A DNA stretch of 64,000 bases, taken from assembly GCA_000165425.1 (NCBI GenBank), contig CT868097.1, positions 68,867 through 132,866 of the forward strand. The letters run 5' to 3'. The stretch is from Paramecium tetraurelia. Taxonomy: Eukaryota. Under the pieces are notes generated by a model, which made no database searches, was not told where the DNA came from, and worked only from the letters and a program-made list of their open reading frames with translations. Within the stretch, counting starts at the first letter, position 1, and each line of letters starts with the position of its first letter. Shown in pieces: positions 27,101-40,191 of the stretch. Both the position numbers and the translations under genes were made by a program.

Positions 27101-29562
27101 TTGATGGATGTTTCAATTGTCGATACATCTGTTAAGTTGCCTGTACAAAATGCTTATCAGGATCTTGTTATGAATGTAATACTCCTGGTTGGAGATTAGA
27201 TAACTTTTTCTGTTGGGAAATCTGTGGAGATGGCTTGTAAGTTGGAATAGAGGAGTGTGATGATGGGAATGATATACCTTATGATGGATGTTATGAATGT
27301 AAATCTTAATGCGAAGAAGCATGTGTATTATGTGATGCTGGAAAATGTTTGGATTGTGCTTTCGGTTGGAAGTTGAATGCCTAAAATAGATGTGAAACTT
27401 ATTGTGGAGATGGTTATGTCATTCCTCGATATGAAGACTGCGATGATGGCAACCTCATACCTTACGATGGTTGTTATGAATGCAACTACTAATGTGAATA
27501 ACTATGTACAAGTTGTTTAAAAGGCATTTGCTATGAATGCAATGTTCCTGGATGGTAGATCTCAGAGTTCTAATGCATTCCAATTTGTGGAGATGGAGCA
27601 TCCTATGGTAATGAACAATGTGACGATGGCAATTTAATTGAAGCAGATGGATGCAACAATAAATGTGAATTCTAATGTCATCCAGCTTGTTTATTATGCG
27701 AAAAAGGTATTTGCAAGGAGTGTGATGCATCTTAAGGGTTCTTTGAGTATCTGAATTAATGTGCTTCTTAATGTGGTGATGGACTCTGGGAACCCTTAAC
27801 GGAATAATGTGATGATGCCAACAATTTTGATTTTGATGGATGTTCTGCAGATTGCAAAATTGAAATCGATTGGTTTTGCTAAAATCATTAGTTATTAGTT
27901 AGTAATTGCTTTTATGAAAAGTAACCTATCATTCAACTAGAACTCATTGATCAATAGGATAATATCTCAACCATTTAGATTTCATTCTCAACTAAAATGA
28001 TGCTCAGCTTTAACATTGATTCTTCTCAAGTATTCTTGGAAAATTAAGTTGAGGATGGCAATAACAATGATATCAATTTAATAGATCTAAAGATCGAAGA
28101 TTTAAATGAAAATTCATACAGCTACTCTATTAACCCTATTGCACCTGTTAGTTAAAAACCATCCTTTGCGATTTATCTTGCATACATTGAACTCAAGACT
28201 ACTATTTCCTAAGAAAAAATTAATGTTATCTTTATAATCAATAATAAACTTATTGTATCAGAAAACAAAACAAAATTAATTAAAAATGTTGAATCAATAT
28301 AAATACCTACGCAAACCTATATTAGTCAATCAGCTGAACAGCTTATAAAGACATTTTCGGAATTTCAAACTTTTCAGTCTTATTCATTTTTGACTATTTC
28401 TCTAGTTAGTGTATTTACAAGTGGTTACTCAAATTTCTATATGGCATGTGATACATTATAGTATCTCTACTATTCCAAATATATTAACTTACCCTTCCCT
28501 GATAATCTATAATAGTATCTGAATATTTTAAAAGAATCCCAATTATCCCAAATTGCAACTAAAAAATTAGGTTTATCTATGATGAAATTTGAAGATAAAT
28601 AGACCCCTAATACAAATAGCAGTTAAATGCCTCAACCCTTCGAGAATGATTCTCTTAATTATGATTTTTTTAGCAATGTATCAACCAGTTTAACATTTTT
28701 CTCGATCAGTTTTGCAGTCTATTATTCATCACTCATCATTTCTAAGTTACTACATCACATTACTCCCTTTACACTCAATAGTTTAGGTTCAATTGTTGGA
28801 GGGTCAATCCTGACTATCAGATAGAAATGTACTAAATTTGTTAATAACTTTACTTTCTCTGGAATCATTAGAGTGATTACTATTAATTTTTATGAACTTG
28901 CTTTTTCATCTTTACTTCAACTATCTCACATAAATTTTAATGATACCAACAGTTTAATCAATATTATAGGAGCTATAGTTACATTACTATCCCAGTTTGT
29001 ATTTATTGGTCTTCTATTTCATAAAATTCAACAGATCCAAACTAAGAAAACTACTGATTTCAAATCCTCGATTAAAACATTATTTTTATAATTAGATTGT
29101 TCTCATCACCAAAAAATGTGGGTTATGTAATATAATACAGTTTTGTTAATAAAAAAAATCTTCTATATACATGTGATTGTGGGTATGCAACAATCAGGCC
29201 TCTATCAGACAATAGCTGTTGCTTTACAATCATCCATATTTTGTGTCTACTTAGTTGTACAACAGCCGTTAACAAAAATTGATGATCTGAGAAAAGCCTT
29301 AGTCACTGAGGCTGGAATGTTTCTGAATAGTTTATCCTTTATTCTGTATTCAGTTAACTAATAATTTTAATTTCATCAAGAAACATTATTTTACTTAGGA
29401 TGGATAAATATTGGAATTTATACTATTATAGTGAGTTCTAATGTATTGATAGATGGGTTTGCTTAGTTCAAAATTGTTTACTCAAAAGTTAAGAAGACAT
29501 TCAATAATTTTGTATAATCATAGCTTCCCTAACAATCGAGAATTTAACCTATATTCATTTGA
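21115..29562 (+). CDS. Giant (~2780 aa) Cys-rich cell-surface protein: signal peptide, furin-like repeats, ~24 Myxococcus-type CGDG repeats, multi-TM C-terminus
   Basis: MKSKIIAYFVLISLVSS signal peptide; repeated CGDGI...EQCDDGN...DGC; hydrophobic helices from ~28370 to 29480; four introns, all in the 5' part. Confidence 0.9.
23590..27860 (+). repeat. Coding tandem array of ~24 Cys-rich units of ~180 bp (Myxococcus Cys-rich/DUF4215-like)
   Basis: tgtggagat-type motifs recur about every 180 nt (23602, 23785, 23974, 24157 ... 27586, 27772); two units are degenerate. Confidence 0.9.
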
Positions 29563-29672
29563 ATTGATTTTCTTTTATTATATTTATATAAAAATTTACT
29601 TAAGTGTAGATAACATAATATAAAATAGATTTTATATAAATATTACAATCACAAGTACAAAGTCGATCAGGT

Positions 29673-31395
29673 TCATAATGAAAATTCGAAGGATAGAATT
29701 GTCTGTCCAAAATTTACTTTGATATTTATATTGCATTCTCTCCATGCATTCCATAACAAAAACTTAGTTAAATAAATTGATATTATTTAGGCTTTTTTCT
29801 TAATGTCTAAGGATTTGTCGTCAATCGTTTTTTATAAATTTGATAAAATGATTTTATAATTTTATTCAGGATTCCTACTAAAATTTAAATTCTATTTAAG
29901 AATTTTTGAATTTAGTATCATATCTATCATTGATCCCTCTAAACTTACTTTTAATCTATCTTAATTTAATTTGTTTCGTTTCTTTAATTTAATTGTTTAG
30001 AGTCGATCAAAAAGCTAAGCCAAACTTATTAAGATGCTAAAAAAATAGACTTGATTTGTTATAAATCCAGTTAATTCACTATGGACATTAAACTCAATTT
30101 TCTTTTGCAGTAATAGATTCATCTGATTTTATATTTGACTAATTTGAATCCACCCCTTCCTATTTCGCATATCATAATAGTTAAAAAATAATCTTATTTA
30201 TTGTAAGTTTATAACTAAAAGAACGATTTAAAGTCTGGTTTTTATGGTTTTTAATTAGGTAGTTAATTATTATAAAAGGAATAAGATGAATGTTTCTTTT
30301 TGCTTCATTACTTGTTGGAAATCACGAATTTTATTCTTTTAATTCTATTCGAAAATCAAAATCACACATTCTTCCTCTTGCATAATAGATTGAATCAATT
30401 TAACCTTTAACTCTTTATTTTACTACTATGATTTTACCTCTAACTAGTATTATATTAATTTCTATTTCTAATTCTTAATGACATCTCGAATTTCCTCCTC
30501 CAAATTTTACTTTTTGGCTTCAATATTTTTGTTCGCTTCTTATATAATGAGCATCTTTAAAATTAAAATACATATTACATCTCTTAATACTGTCCTCATA
30601 TCCTTATTGTTTGAGATTTTCAATCTCTATTTTGATAAATCGTTGATAGATGACAATATTAATTGATCTTATTTTTCATCAAATTTAATTACTAACACGG
30701 ATTACTCTAGAATTTAATCAATTGTTTTTATCCAATTATTTTGCTCTCTACTATTTCTAAATTGCATACGCCTTGTTTTTTCATTCGTATATTTCATCAT
30801 AATCAATCCAATGAAAACCAACAGTATTGTTAAACACATTGCATAATACTCCAAAGTTTTCGAAGGATAATATGTCACATACTAAAAATAGATGATCAAT
30901 AAAGCAACTGCTTAAGGCCAGATCTAATATCCTAATTACATAACCGCTAAGATTATATTACCATTTACCAAAATGAAAATAAAATGCTTACATTCCATAG
31001 TACCAATTGTAGTCGTAAGTAAATGGTGAGTAAGAATAGTCGTCTTCGGCTACTTACTATGGAAAAAAATTGTCAAGATTCCAAATGAAAGCAAAATAAA
31101 TTTGTAGAAAAGGTAATATATATTTATTACTACTAGGTTACTTATCAATTAGCCATTTCCATAAGAGTATTAAAACCATAAAGACTAGAATATTAGTTAC
31201 AACTATCAAATTGAAAGTTTCTTCTTGAAAGTAATACAATATGTAGGCCACAAAAAATAACTAAATAAGTTCTTATTATACAATTGTCTATATTGAAAAT
31301 AGTGTAAATTCTGATTTTAAATGGATATGCTATTCTTATCTATAGTCATTTTCAATTTGATTCGACTTAAATTTTAGAGTGAATCTAGAAATCAT
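29673..31395 (-). CDS. Multi-pass membrane protein, possibly degenerate histidine-kinase-like
   Basis: MISRFTLKFKSNQIENDYR start, several TM helices, then FITNQVYFFSILISL resembling a decayed N-box. 3' end is approximate. Confidence 0.6.
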
Positions 31396-31691
31396 AAGAG
31401 TTTTTTTATTTAATTTATAATTCTCGCATTTAATTATTTCAATGATCTCATTACTGTTTTGAAATATTTTATTAATGTTTTGAAAGCCCTATTTAATTAG
31501 AAAATCTGTAGATCCATCAAATTAGAAAACTCTCTAATTGATATTCACTTTTCTTCAAATTTCTCAAAGTAAAGACCATTATGCAAATTATAGTAATTAA
31601 AATATATAGAGAGAGTGGCTTAAAGACATCGAATAGAGAATTATAGATTAATATAAATACAATTAATTAATTTAGTATTATGCCATGAATA

Positions 31692-32944
31692 TCAAAAACA
31701 AAGAACCTTGTTTAGATTGAAAAGATTTAGGAAATATTGAGTTGCCACATCGTATTCTGGATATAATATGATCTCTATGGTTTATTATTAGTATTTCGCA
31801 CTCTATTTTTGTTCCCCTTAGTTGTACATTCCTTTAATATGTTGTTCGAGAGTGCAAAAGTGATTTTAGATCAATTGAATCCTTTTTTCAACATCAACAT
31901 CATAATATTATGAAATAGTTTGATTATTTAAGGTAGCCAATAGTATTAGACTACTATCAGCACTTGATACCAAGTGTAACTTTTTCATAAAACTATCGAA
32001 TAAGGAATGCAAATCGGATTTGATATTTCTGTAAATCTCATCCAAAGTTAATACAATATTGTTATATTATTAAATGCTATTCTCTTTGAGGATTTAATCC
32101 TTGACATGTTAATATGAGCAAAGCCAAAAGGATTGAGCATTTTAGGGTTGATATGATGTCTTGATTCCGTTGATATAGTTATATACAGATTTGATTTTCA
32201 CTCTTGCTATAGCCTCTACAAGCACTTGGTATCCTTTATTAATTTTTTTGATATTTTTAATTTTAACTAAATCTCCATAGATAAAATCTCCTGAAACAAT
32301 AAAATTGCATGAGCCTGAACAAACTCTTCTGATCATCTCCTAGTATCTGAGTTCAAAAAAAGTGAACTGAGTTTCCATATGAACTATCACTGTTTAATCA
32401 AAATTAAAGATTGGTAATCCATTTACATTATCTAATCCCATAATTTCTTCAGTTTGTTGAACCTCTTCAATCTAAAATTGCTTCAAATACCAATTGATAA
32501 GATCTTTATATTTCTAATTTATGCTAACTTTAAGTGAAAAACTAAACTCAGAGCATACTGGGCATAGCAATTCCTCTTGAAGACTCTCATAAATGCATTT
32601 CTAACAAAACATATGTTAGCATGGTAGAACAATTGGATTTATTGGAGTCAACCCACAACAGAGACAGATAATTAATGAAGGGAATTCGTTCAAAAGTTCT
32701 GAAATTATTGAAATCTATTACCTTCTATGCCATCCTTTTCATATATCTATTAGACAATCGATAACAATTCATCAGATTTATTCTATGAGATCAACACAGG
32801 CTAACGACACAAGGGACAAACACTCTACTCTTGTTTGTCTAATGTGTTATGAATACAATTGTGACAAAATGTGTGTCCACAACTGAGAGACATAGGATTG
32901 CATAAACTTTATAAGCATATAGAACATTGTAGTATGAATTTCAT
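31692..32944 (-). CDS. RING finger and LON substrate-binding domain protein (LONRF-like)
   Basis: Two C3HC4 RINGs (CSICLQSLCNPMSLSCGHTFCHNC; CLCCGLTPINPIVLPCQHMFCQKC), then LPIF...FFELRYQEMIRR typical of LON_substr_bdg. 3' end is approximate. Confidence 0.85.
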
Positions 32945-34023
32945 TAATAAAAATATCAAATAAATTCTTGAATAATCAAGTATTTTTTATTAGAATTTTT
33001 AAGAATTTAAACAAATGATTATCAAAATCTTATGAATTATTTCAAGTGCTATGAATTTCAAAGTCTGATTTATCAATGTATTTTTGTTATATTCTCGACA
33101 ATATTTCGAATTTTAAGAAACAAATGGCTTCAATTCTTCTCAGATTATCCCCCAAGTAATTTAAGAAAAAATAGATATAAAAAGTTTTAGTGGCCCCCAA
33201 ACTTCTTATAACTAAGGATGAGATAGCTAAATCTCGAATTGAACTCAAGAAAGTTTTGTATCAAATGGTGACATTTTAGCTTGGGCTGCATATCTATTTT
33301 TATTAAACTATAATGTAACATATTTAGAAAATAAATTATGGAGCTATTCTGAAAATCTAATAGTGTAATCTAAGCCCGAAATTATATTATTTGATATCAG
33401 TTTAGGTTATCTAATTTTTTTATAAGGGGATATTACACCTAAGTGCATTGGTAAATTATATAATTATTTTATAATTCTAATTTAAGAAATAAATTAATTA
33501 ATCTAAAACATTTTAGCCATTCAATAATGCTCCATCTATTTCTAAGTTATAAAACTCATTTTCACCTTCATAAGTTGATTGTCATGTCAAATATCCATTG
33601 ATGAATTAGATCATTTGAGTTTGAAACAGTCTTTATTAATTCAAAAATATATTAATTGCATAGATTTACTAATTTATTATTTGCTTATAAGCATTTTAAA
33701 TTGATTACTTCTCATAGATGTCTTTTTTCATATTTGCATTTATTATTGAATTAAATTGAGACCATAATTTCATTTTAATTTTAAAGCATTTAAAGTATAT
33801 TTTTAATGTTTCTTAATATATTACTCTAATTTCTATATTTATATCATATATTAAATTAATATAAAATAGGGTTTGTGTCTATATTCATTGAATTTTATTA
33901 AAAATAGTTCTGTGTTTATATCATAAAAAATGGAATAACCTATATATGAAGTTCAGGTCTAAAGTTATATAGCCATATTTAGTAAATTAAATTATATTTT
34001 TAATAGAAATACAATAATCCCAA

Positions 34024-34428
34024 TCAATCATAATGCTTCTAATAATGCTATTTAATCTGATCTTGTCTCTCCTTGGCCTCCTACACAACAATGTTTAACT
34101 GTTTTATAATTTCCTCCTTTTCCCTATCCTTTTCTTTTTAATTCAAATCTTGAGTCTTAAAAATAGGGTTTTGTGCTTAGTTTGGCATTTGAATTAGATT
34201 TATTCCTTGTATAGGCATATTGTTTTGCGCTTAGTTTGGCATTTGCATTTGATTTATTCCTTGTATAGGCATATTGGATGGTGCTGGAATTAAGTTTGCA
34301 ATTGGGAACATATTTTTGTTCTGAATTGTATTAAATCCTGAATTATTTGCAATATTAGGTCCTGGTTATGGAACTTGACTTGTAATAGTTGATCTTGGTG
34401 GATTAAACTGTATTGGATTAGGATTCAT
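34024..34428 (-). CDS. 134-aa hypothetical protein with N/P/Q-rich N-terminus and an internal 18-aa duplication
   Basis: Intronless 405-nt code-6 frame MNPNPIQFNPPRS...QKHYD*. Confidence 0.7.
34168..34275. repeat. Tandem duplication, 2 x 54 bp
   Basis: 34168-34221 and 34222-34275 differ at 3 positions and encode NMPIQGIN(Q/L)(M/I)QMPNQAQN. Confidence 0.95.
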
Positions 34429-34536
34429 AAGAAATTATAATAAATTAATATATTCCAATATTAAAACAATATTAGTTAAATAGTAATTCTATTATAGTAT
34501 TAAAGGAGTGTCTGAATAACTACAAACAAAACAATA

Positions 34537-36230
34537 TCATTCTAAATTAGCAAGTAGAGCAATGAATTCATCCTCCTCTATTAGACCATCCTTATTGTTG
34601 TCACATGCAGCTAATATATCTTACCAAGCAGAATTATCAATCTGAATACCTCCAAATATTTCCTCAAGTTCAATCCTCGATATAGTTCCATTTCCATCAA
34701 GATCAAATAAACGAAAAGCACTCTTCAGACTCTCTTTTAAGAACATCTGCTCTTGAATAATTGAGGCAGTGAGAAACTCTGTGAAATCAACTCTCCCAGA
34801 ATGATCTGTATCAATTTTCTCCATAATTTCCTTAACCATAAGTTTAGATTCAATCTTATCCATTTTCACATTTATCATTCCTTAAAGAATTTCCTACTAA
34901 CTTAATAATCCATCTCCATTTTTATCCAAGGATTTGAATATTTAGAGGAATTTGTATTTTTCTTCCTTTTTCGATATTTAAACTGTTACAAACTAATTAA
35001 TGGCCACTCTAAGATTATTATACCCTTTAAATTTTGTAATTTCTTTAAAGAAATCTTGATCAAATTAAATGCTTTATTTTGATTAATTTTAAATCCATTT
35101 ATGATTCAATGCATCTTTCATTGAAATCCTTTTTTGAGGATCCTTTTAAATCATGTGTTTAACTAAGTCAATGGCTTCTGGACTTATATTATTCCAGCGT
35201 TAGCCTTTTATTACTTAAATAAAGTACCACTGAAACTCAAATGCGCTTTCTATGCTAATTGCAGGGTTTCTAATTAATTTTTCCCTCTAAATGGGGCTTT
35301 CCCAATCAATAATATATAAAGTATTACTCCACATGACCAGACATCAACTTTCTCGTCATATCCATTTGACCCTAATATTTCAGGTGCCAGAAAATAGGGT
35401 GTACCAATTTTGGTTGTTAACTTTTTGGATATTATCTTCTCGCTTGCACCAAAATCTATTATTTTTAAATTAGAATTAATATCCTTGTCGTCAAATAAAA
35501 TATTTTCAGGCTGCAATTAATTTAATTAATACTTTCAAATCTCTATGTACAATTTTTCGATTATGACAATAGACCATTGCAGATAATATTTATTACATAT
35601 AATATTTTGCAATATCTTCGTTATAGTTTGTAATTGATCTGACTCTCTCAAGCAATTCGCCTCCACATAAGCATTCAGTTATTATATAAATATTTTAAGC
35701 ATCACTAAATACTTCGAGTATTTTCACTATGTTAGGATGATCCAAGTCCTTTAAAATCTGGCTTTCAGATATTAACAACTGCTCATCATCAATAGCCTAT
35801 TTCTAAATTACTTTTGCGGCTCGAATTAAATTTGTTTTTAAATGCTTTACCTAATAAACAGACCCAAATCCTCCTTATCCTAGTTTTCTAATGATTTCAT
35901 AATGCAGTGAAAACATTTCGCCTTCTTTCTAATTTCTAACCAAAATATCTGGAGAAAGTTATAAATCCTACTGATATTTTACTTATGGGTTCGATGATTA
36001 AGAACTAAATACGTTAGGAGTTTGACTATCAGAATTCTCTTACACAACAACCTCATAATTTTAAGTCAATATTTTTTTGGGTTCAATTAAAGGAGGAGTT
36101 TATATGATTTCATCTTTGATAACCTCATCAACAATTTTTTATTCAATTTAATCATGGGTCTAAGCTTTATGAGGTTGAATAAAATAATACCTTTTTGGTC
36201 AATTTAGATCTTATAAATACAATTTCCCAT
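34537..36230 (-). CDS. Calcium-dependent protein kinase (CDPK)
   Basis: MGNC start, GQGGFG, HRDLKPEN (split by an intron), DFG, GTPYFLAPE and four EF-hands (DKNGDG, DTDHSG, DLDGNG, DNNKDG). Confidence 0.95.
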
Positions 36231-36478
36231 AGCTAATTTGAAATATTAGGTAATTAATTATTTTTTTAATTCATCTTACAAATCCTTAAAATCAACTATA
36301 ATTAATTTTTGGTTATTGTTATTTTTATAACACACTTAGAAAATCAACATATATCAAAAAGGTTGAAATTTTATGGAACCATTAATTTAGTTGATATATT
36401 TGAGATGTAGAATAGCAGACATACAAAAAATATTTAATTAATTTATAACATATTATTTAATTTTATTTTTTGATTGTT

Positions 36479-37319
36479 TCACATCAGTTTCTTAAATTAT
36501 TTCTCTTTTTTTGCATCTTATTTAGCTTGCAAAATTCTTTGTTTTTTCTACTCAATCTTTTCATAAACATTTGGATTGCCAATCTCCTTTTTTATAGACT
36601 CTGTCATTTATTAAAAGGTGTATTTATAGAAGAATAGCAAATTATCATAATTCTTATCTATGTTCATGGCCTTACTATATTCTTGGTAGCAGTAATATAT
36701 AGCCTCTATTGTAGCTAAGCATTTCAAACTATGATGCTAGTATCTCCAAAAATATGTTTGATAATCTTCTAGTTTGAGGAACTTTTGATTTGGATATTTT
36801 TTTGAAATTGTTTCTAAAATTGCTCCTGTTTGATGCCATGTACAATCTATGGCCACAAGTTTTTTAATGCCTTAAATTTCCTCTTAAGAGAGTTCTTTTA
36901 TATATTTGGCATTTTAGTGAGGATAAAGAATATATGTATGCTCATCAAATTCAAATTCACCAGGGAAATCTTTTACTTCTACTTAATCACTCAAAAATTT
37001 TGCAGGTATAGCTGAACTCTTTTAATGCTTTTCTTTGTTATGGTGTAGAATAAATAGATTTACAGGCAACTCAACTTTTGGAATTAGTTCTTTATTTACC
37101 AGCAACTCACCACATTTTAAACAATACACCTTATGAAGCAAATTACATTTTGGACATCTTACTTTCTCAGCCTAAAGATCAATCTTAGGGAATTAAGAGA
37201 AAAATTCATTGGCTCTATTAAATTATTCCTAACTAGAAGTCGAACACATAATTTTACTTGTCTATCTTTTCAGATTCTTTGAAATTCTATCTATCAATAT
37301 ACTTATCACGAATATGCAT
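36479..37319 (-). CDS. DTWD1: DTW-domain tRNA aminocarboxypropyltransferase (DTWD1-like)
   Basis: CPKC..YCFRC Zn motif, LPVNLFILHH..KSSAIPAK, ILYP, IDCTW, TYFWRYQ and CLATIEAIYY. Confidence 0.88.
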
Positions 37320-38063
37320 AAATAACAATAATTTATCAAATTAATTAGAAAATAATCAAATAATATGAATTGCTTTCTGAATTTCCTTCTAAGTAGTTTA
37401 GTATGAAATTAGATTCAAATATTCTTTAAAGTATAAATTTATAACTATCTGATTAAAATCTTTACAAATTTAATAAATTACATTTGTATCTATATTTGCA
37501 TAAAAGTGATTCTAATGATATCTAATGATAAACTAAATTTTCTGTGTTTAATTAATGAGACATTTATTTTAATACTGGTTATTCCCATCACAGAAGTGAG
37601 ATAATCTTAATCTTAGCTTTCTTTGCAAAATCCAAAAATAAAATATATTCTACTTTATCAAGGCTTATATGTAATAATTCAAAAGAGAAAATACCTTTTA
37701 ACAATTTTACAATTATGCCTTATTAAACTTAAAGATACCTCATATAGAGCACCACAATTTGAAAAACTCTATCAGTTTATGGACTATGCCAAAATATTTA
37801 TAAATCTCCACTTTGCAATTCTTCTTTGGATAATTAACCATCAATTGTCCTTCTTTTTATTCAATAATGATTCCATCAATTTAACTTATATTTGAACCTT
37901 TGAGAAGCGAAATAGTTATAAATAAAGGGTCTCATTTGAATTTATATCTCCATTTATTCATTAATCATTTTGTAATAATATGTCGGAAATAAAAGAAGAT
38001 AGATTATATGGAAGGATATACTATTTAACTTGATTGTTCTGAATATAGATTACAAAATTTATA

Positions 38064-39574
38064 TCACTTTTAACACTTCAGACAATTAATGGCCTAATTA
38101 GTTGGGTACATAACCAGATAAATTTCAAGACATTTCATGCAATATCTATAACTGGGAACTTATATCCGAGGAGGGTGAGCCACAAATCCATGACATTGTG
38201 AACAAGGATACGCCTTATTGCAGCATGAAAAAATAGGTATTGTATTGCACTTAGTCCTATGTTGACAATCTTCTGTGTATAACTTATAAGGAAAGGTTTT
38301 AAGAAGTTTATCTCTTTCACTCTATCTCTCAGAATTCTTTTAAGCTTCTTTTTATTTGAGAATCTATTCTTGCACTTGTTTTTGTCTTTCTTTCTCTTTT
38401 TTAACCTCCTCCTCCTTCTTTCTCTATTCTATTTGCTATTGGATTCTAATTTCTTCTTGTTTTTTCTCCTCTACTTTCCTTTCTTCTTCCTTAAGCATCT
38501 CTAATTATTAATGGAAGGGTTAACTCAATTCATTCACTTTCAATTGCTTTTATTAGAAAAATTGCATCTTATATTCAGCGAACTCTTTGCTCTATGGATC
38601 TAAAAACATCACCTTATTGTAATCATTAAGTTGTTGAGTTATATCTGTTTCTAATTAAATTTTATAATCATTCCAAATATGTTCAACTAAGGCTATTTTT
38701 TAACTTAAATAATTATTCGTCTCTTATTTTATATATTCCAACTCTTTAAAATGTTTACCTTAAATAAATTCTAAGCTCTCCTTCAATTCATCCTGTGTCA
38801 TATCAAAAATGAGTTTAGAACTCAGAACCTCCACTCTGTATAAAATCTCCTTTTATAATGGCTTCCATGCCAATTATTCCTAAATTGATTGCAAAATATT
38901 CTTTTCTATTTATTTCAACCGATCCATTATTTAATCTCTTAGTTATTCAAAAAATAAGCTTACTTAAGCTGTCTTATCTGGTACTTGCAAGATTGTGTCG
39001 CTTAGATTTTTAAACTAAAACATCATTTTTAGTAAATACTTGCTTTTTTCTATCATCAAATATCTTACAAAAGGTTTAAACTTCCATTACTTGTTAGGAA
39101 TGATCATTATGAGATTCTACCAAACAGTATGAGCATCCCAATCTGTTGTCCGCCTTACAATCTCCATATTAACAAATGTAGAGCATCTTATTTTTTTCAT
39201 GATTCTTTTTCGGACATACTGCCTCCATATTCATTCCAAGAACTTTGATTACAGAGCGTTCATGCATGTTTTGCAATTACTGTTTTGATATTATTTGTGA
39301 AGGTCTTTTCTACATATTTCTACCAGGAGATGTTACTGATTGTGTCACTTTAGAACTACTACTATAATATTTTGGTTTACCTTATAGATGGAGTCTGTCC
39401 TTAATGGCCAGTTGAGCTACGAAAAGATTATTGAGTTTTTAAGAGTTCTTAATTTACTTGGCTTTGAGTAAGCATATCCTCAGGTTTTGGATTTCCGCTG
39501 GGACTAGTGGGTGATTTGTTGGATCTCCTTGCCGAGGGCTCTGTTTTTGAATACTTGGCTGATTGCTTTTTCAT
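38064..39574 (-). CDS. Zinc-finger protein: B-box-like, coiled coil and C-terminal CHY-type finger
   Basis: CPKKNH..YICQYGDC..RLGCSYCLVESHNDH; C-terminal CQHRTKC..FSCCNKAYPCSQCH..H..YCMKC..CLKC*. Confidence 0.75.
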
Positions 39575-40191
39575 ATATATTTTAATTTTTTGATTCAACC
39601 AACATTATTACTCATTTCTTCTTATAGTATTGCAGATCTTATCTAGGATTTACACACATAAAGAAGAAAGAATAATTCAATTAAAGTAAAACAACATCAA
39701 CTCAACAGACCTAACAATACATTCAAAGAGAAAGTGGCATATAACTTTTATTAGTTTAATTATTCATAACAGAAAGCATGTAACCAGAACTAAATATTTT
39801 TTTGAGAATAATGTACTGAAATATGATTTATCCCTAAGAATAATAAAATAATCTAGAATAAATTTATTTTCTTTAATTCAATTTGGGCAATCTTTTCTTG
39901 TTTTAATTAGAACTTTTTAAAAAAACCAAAAATTGTGTATTTATGATTTATTATTTGAAGTAAATGTACTCTCACAATTAGAAATTACTTGACTTTGTAT
40001 GAAACATCTTAATAAATTGATCTATTATTCTTTTTGATAATATTTTTATTTCTATTGTAAAATCATTCTTATTTCAATATAGATCGATGAATTTTTGTTG
40101 TCTTTTTTAGTTAATAATGGTTAAGGATTATAAGAGTCTTAATTAATGTTATTCTATGCATATAAAATCTGATCTAATTAAATAAATAAAA

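Noticed and set aside
23503..27730. Many minus-strand His/Ile-rich ORFs in the ORF track
   Set aside because: They are antisense shadows of the Cys-rich plus-strand gene.
23590..27860. Regular ~180-bp periodicity suggesting a CRISPR or satellite array
   Set aside because: Repeats are conserved at the protein level with synonymous variation; there are no identical repeats with unique spacers.
37587..37970. Possible small minus-strand gene between the DTW and CHY genes
   Set aside because: No consistent ATG-to-TGA model could be built.
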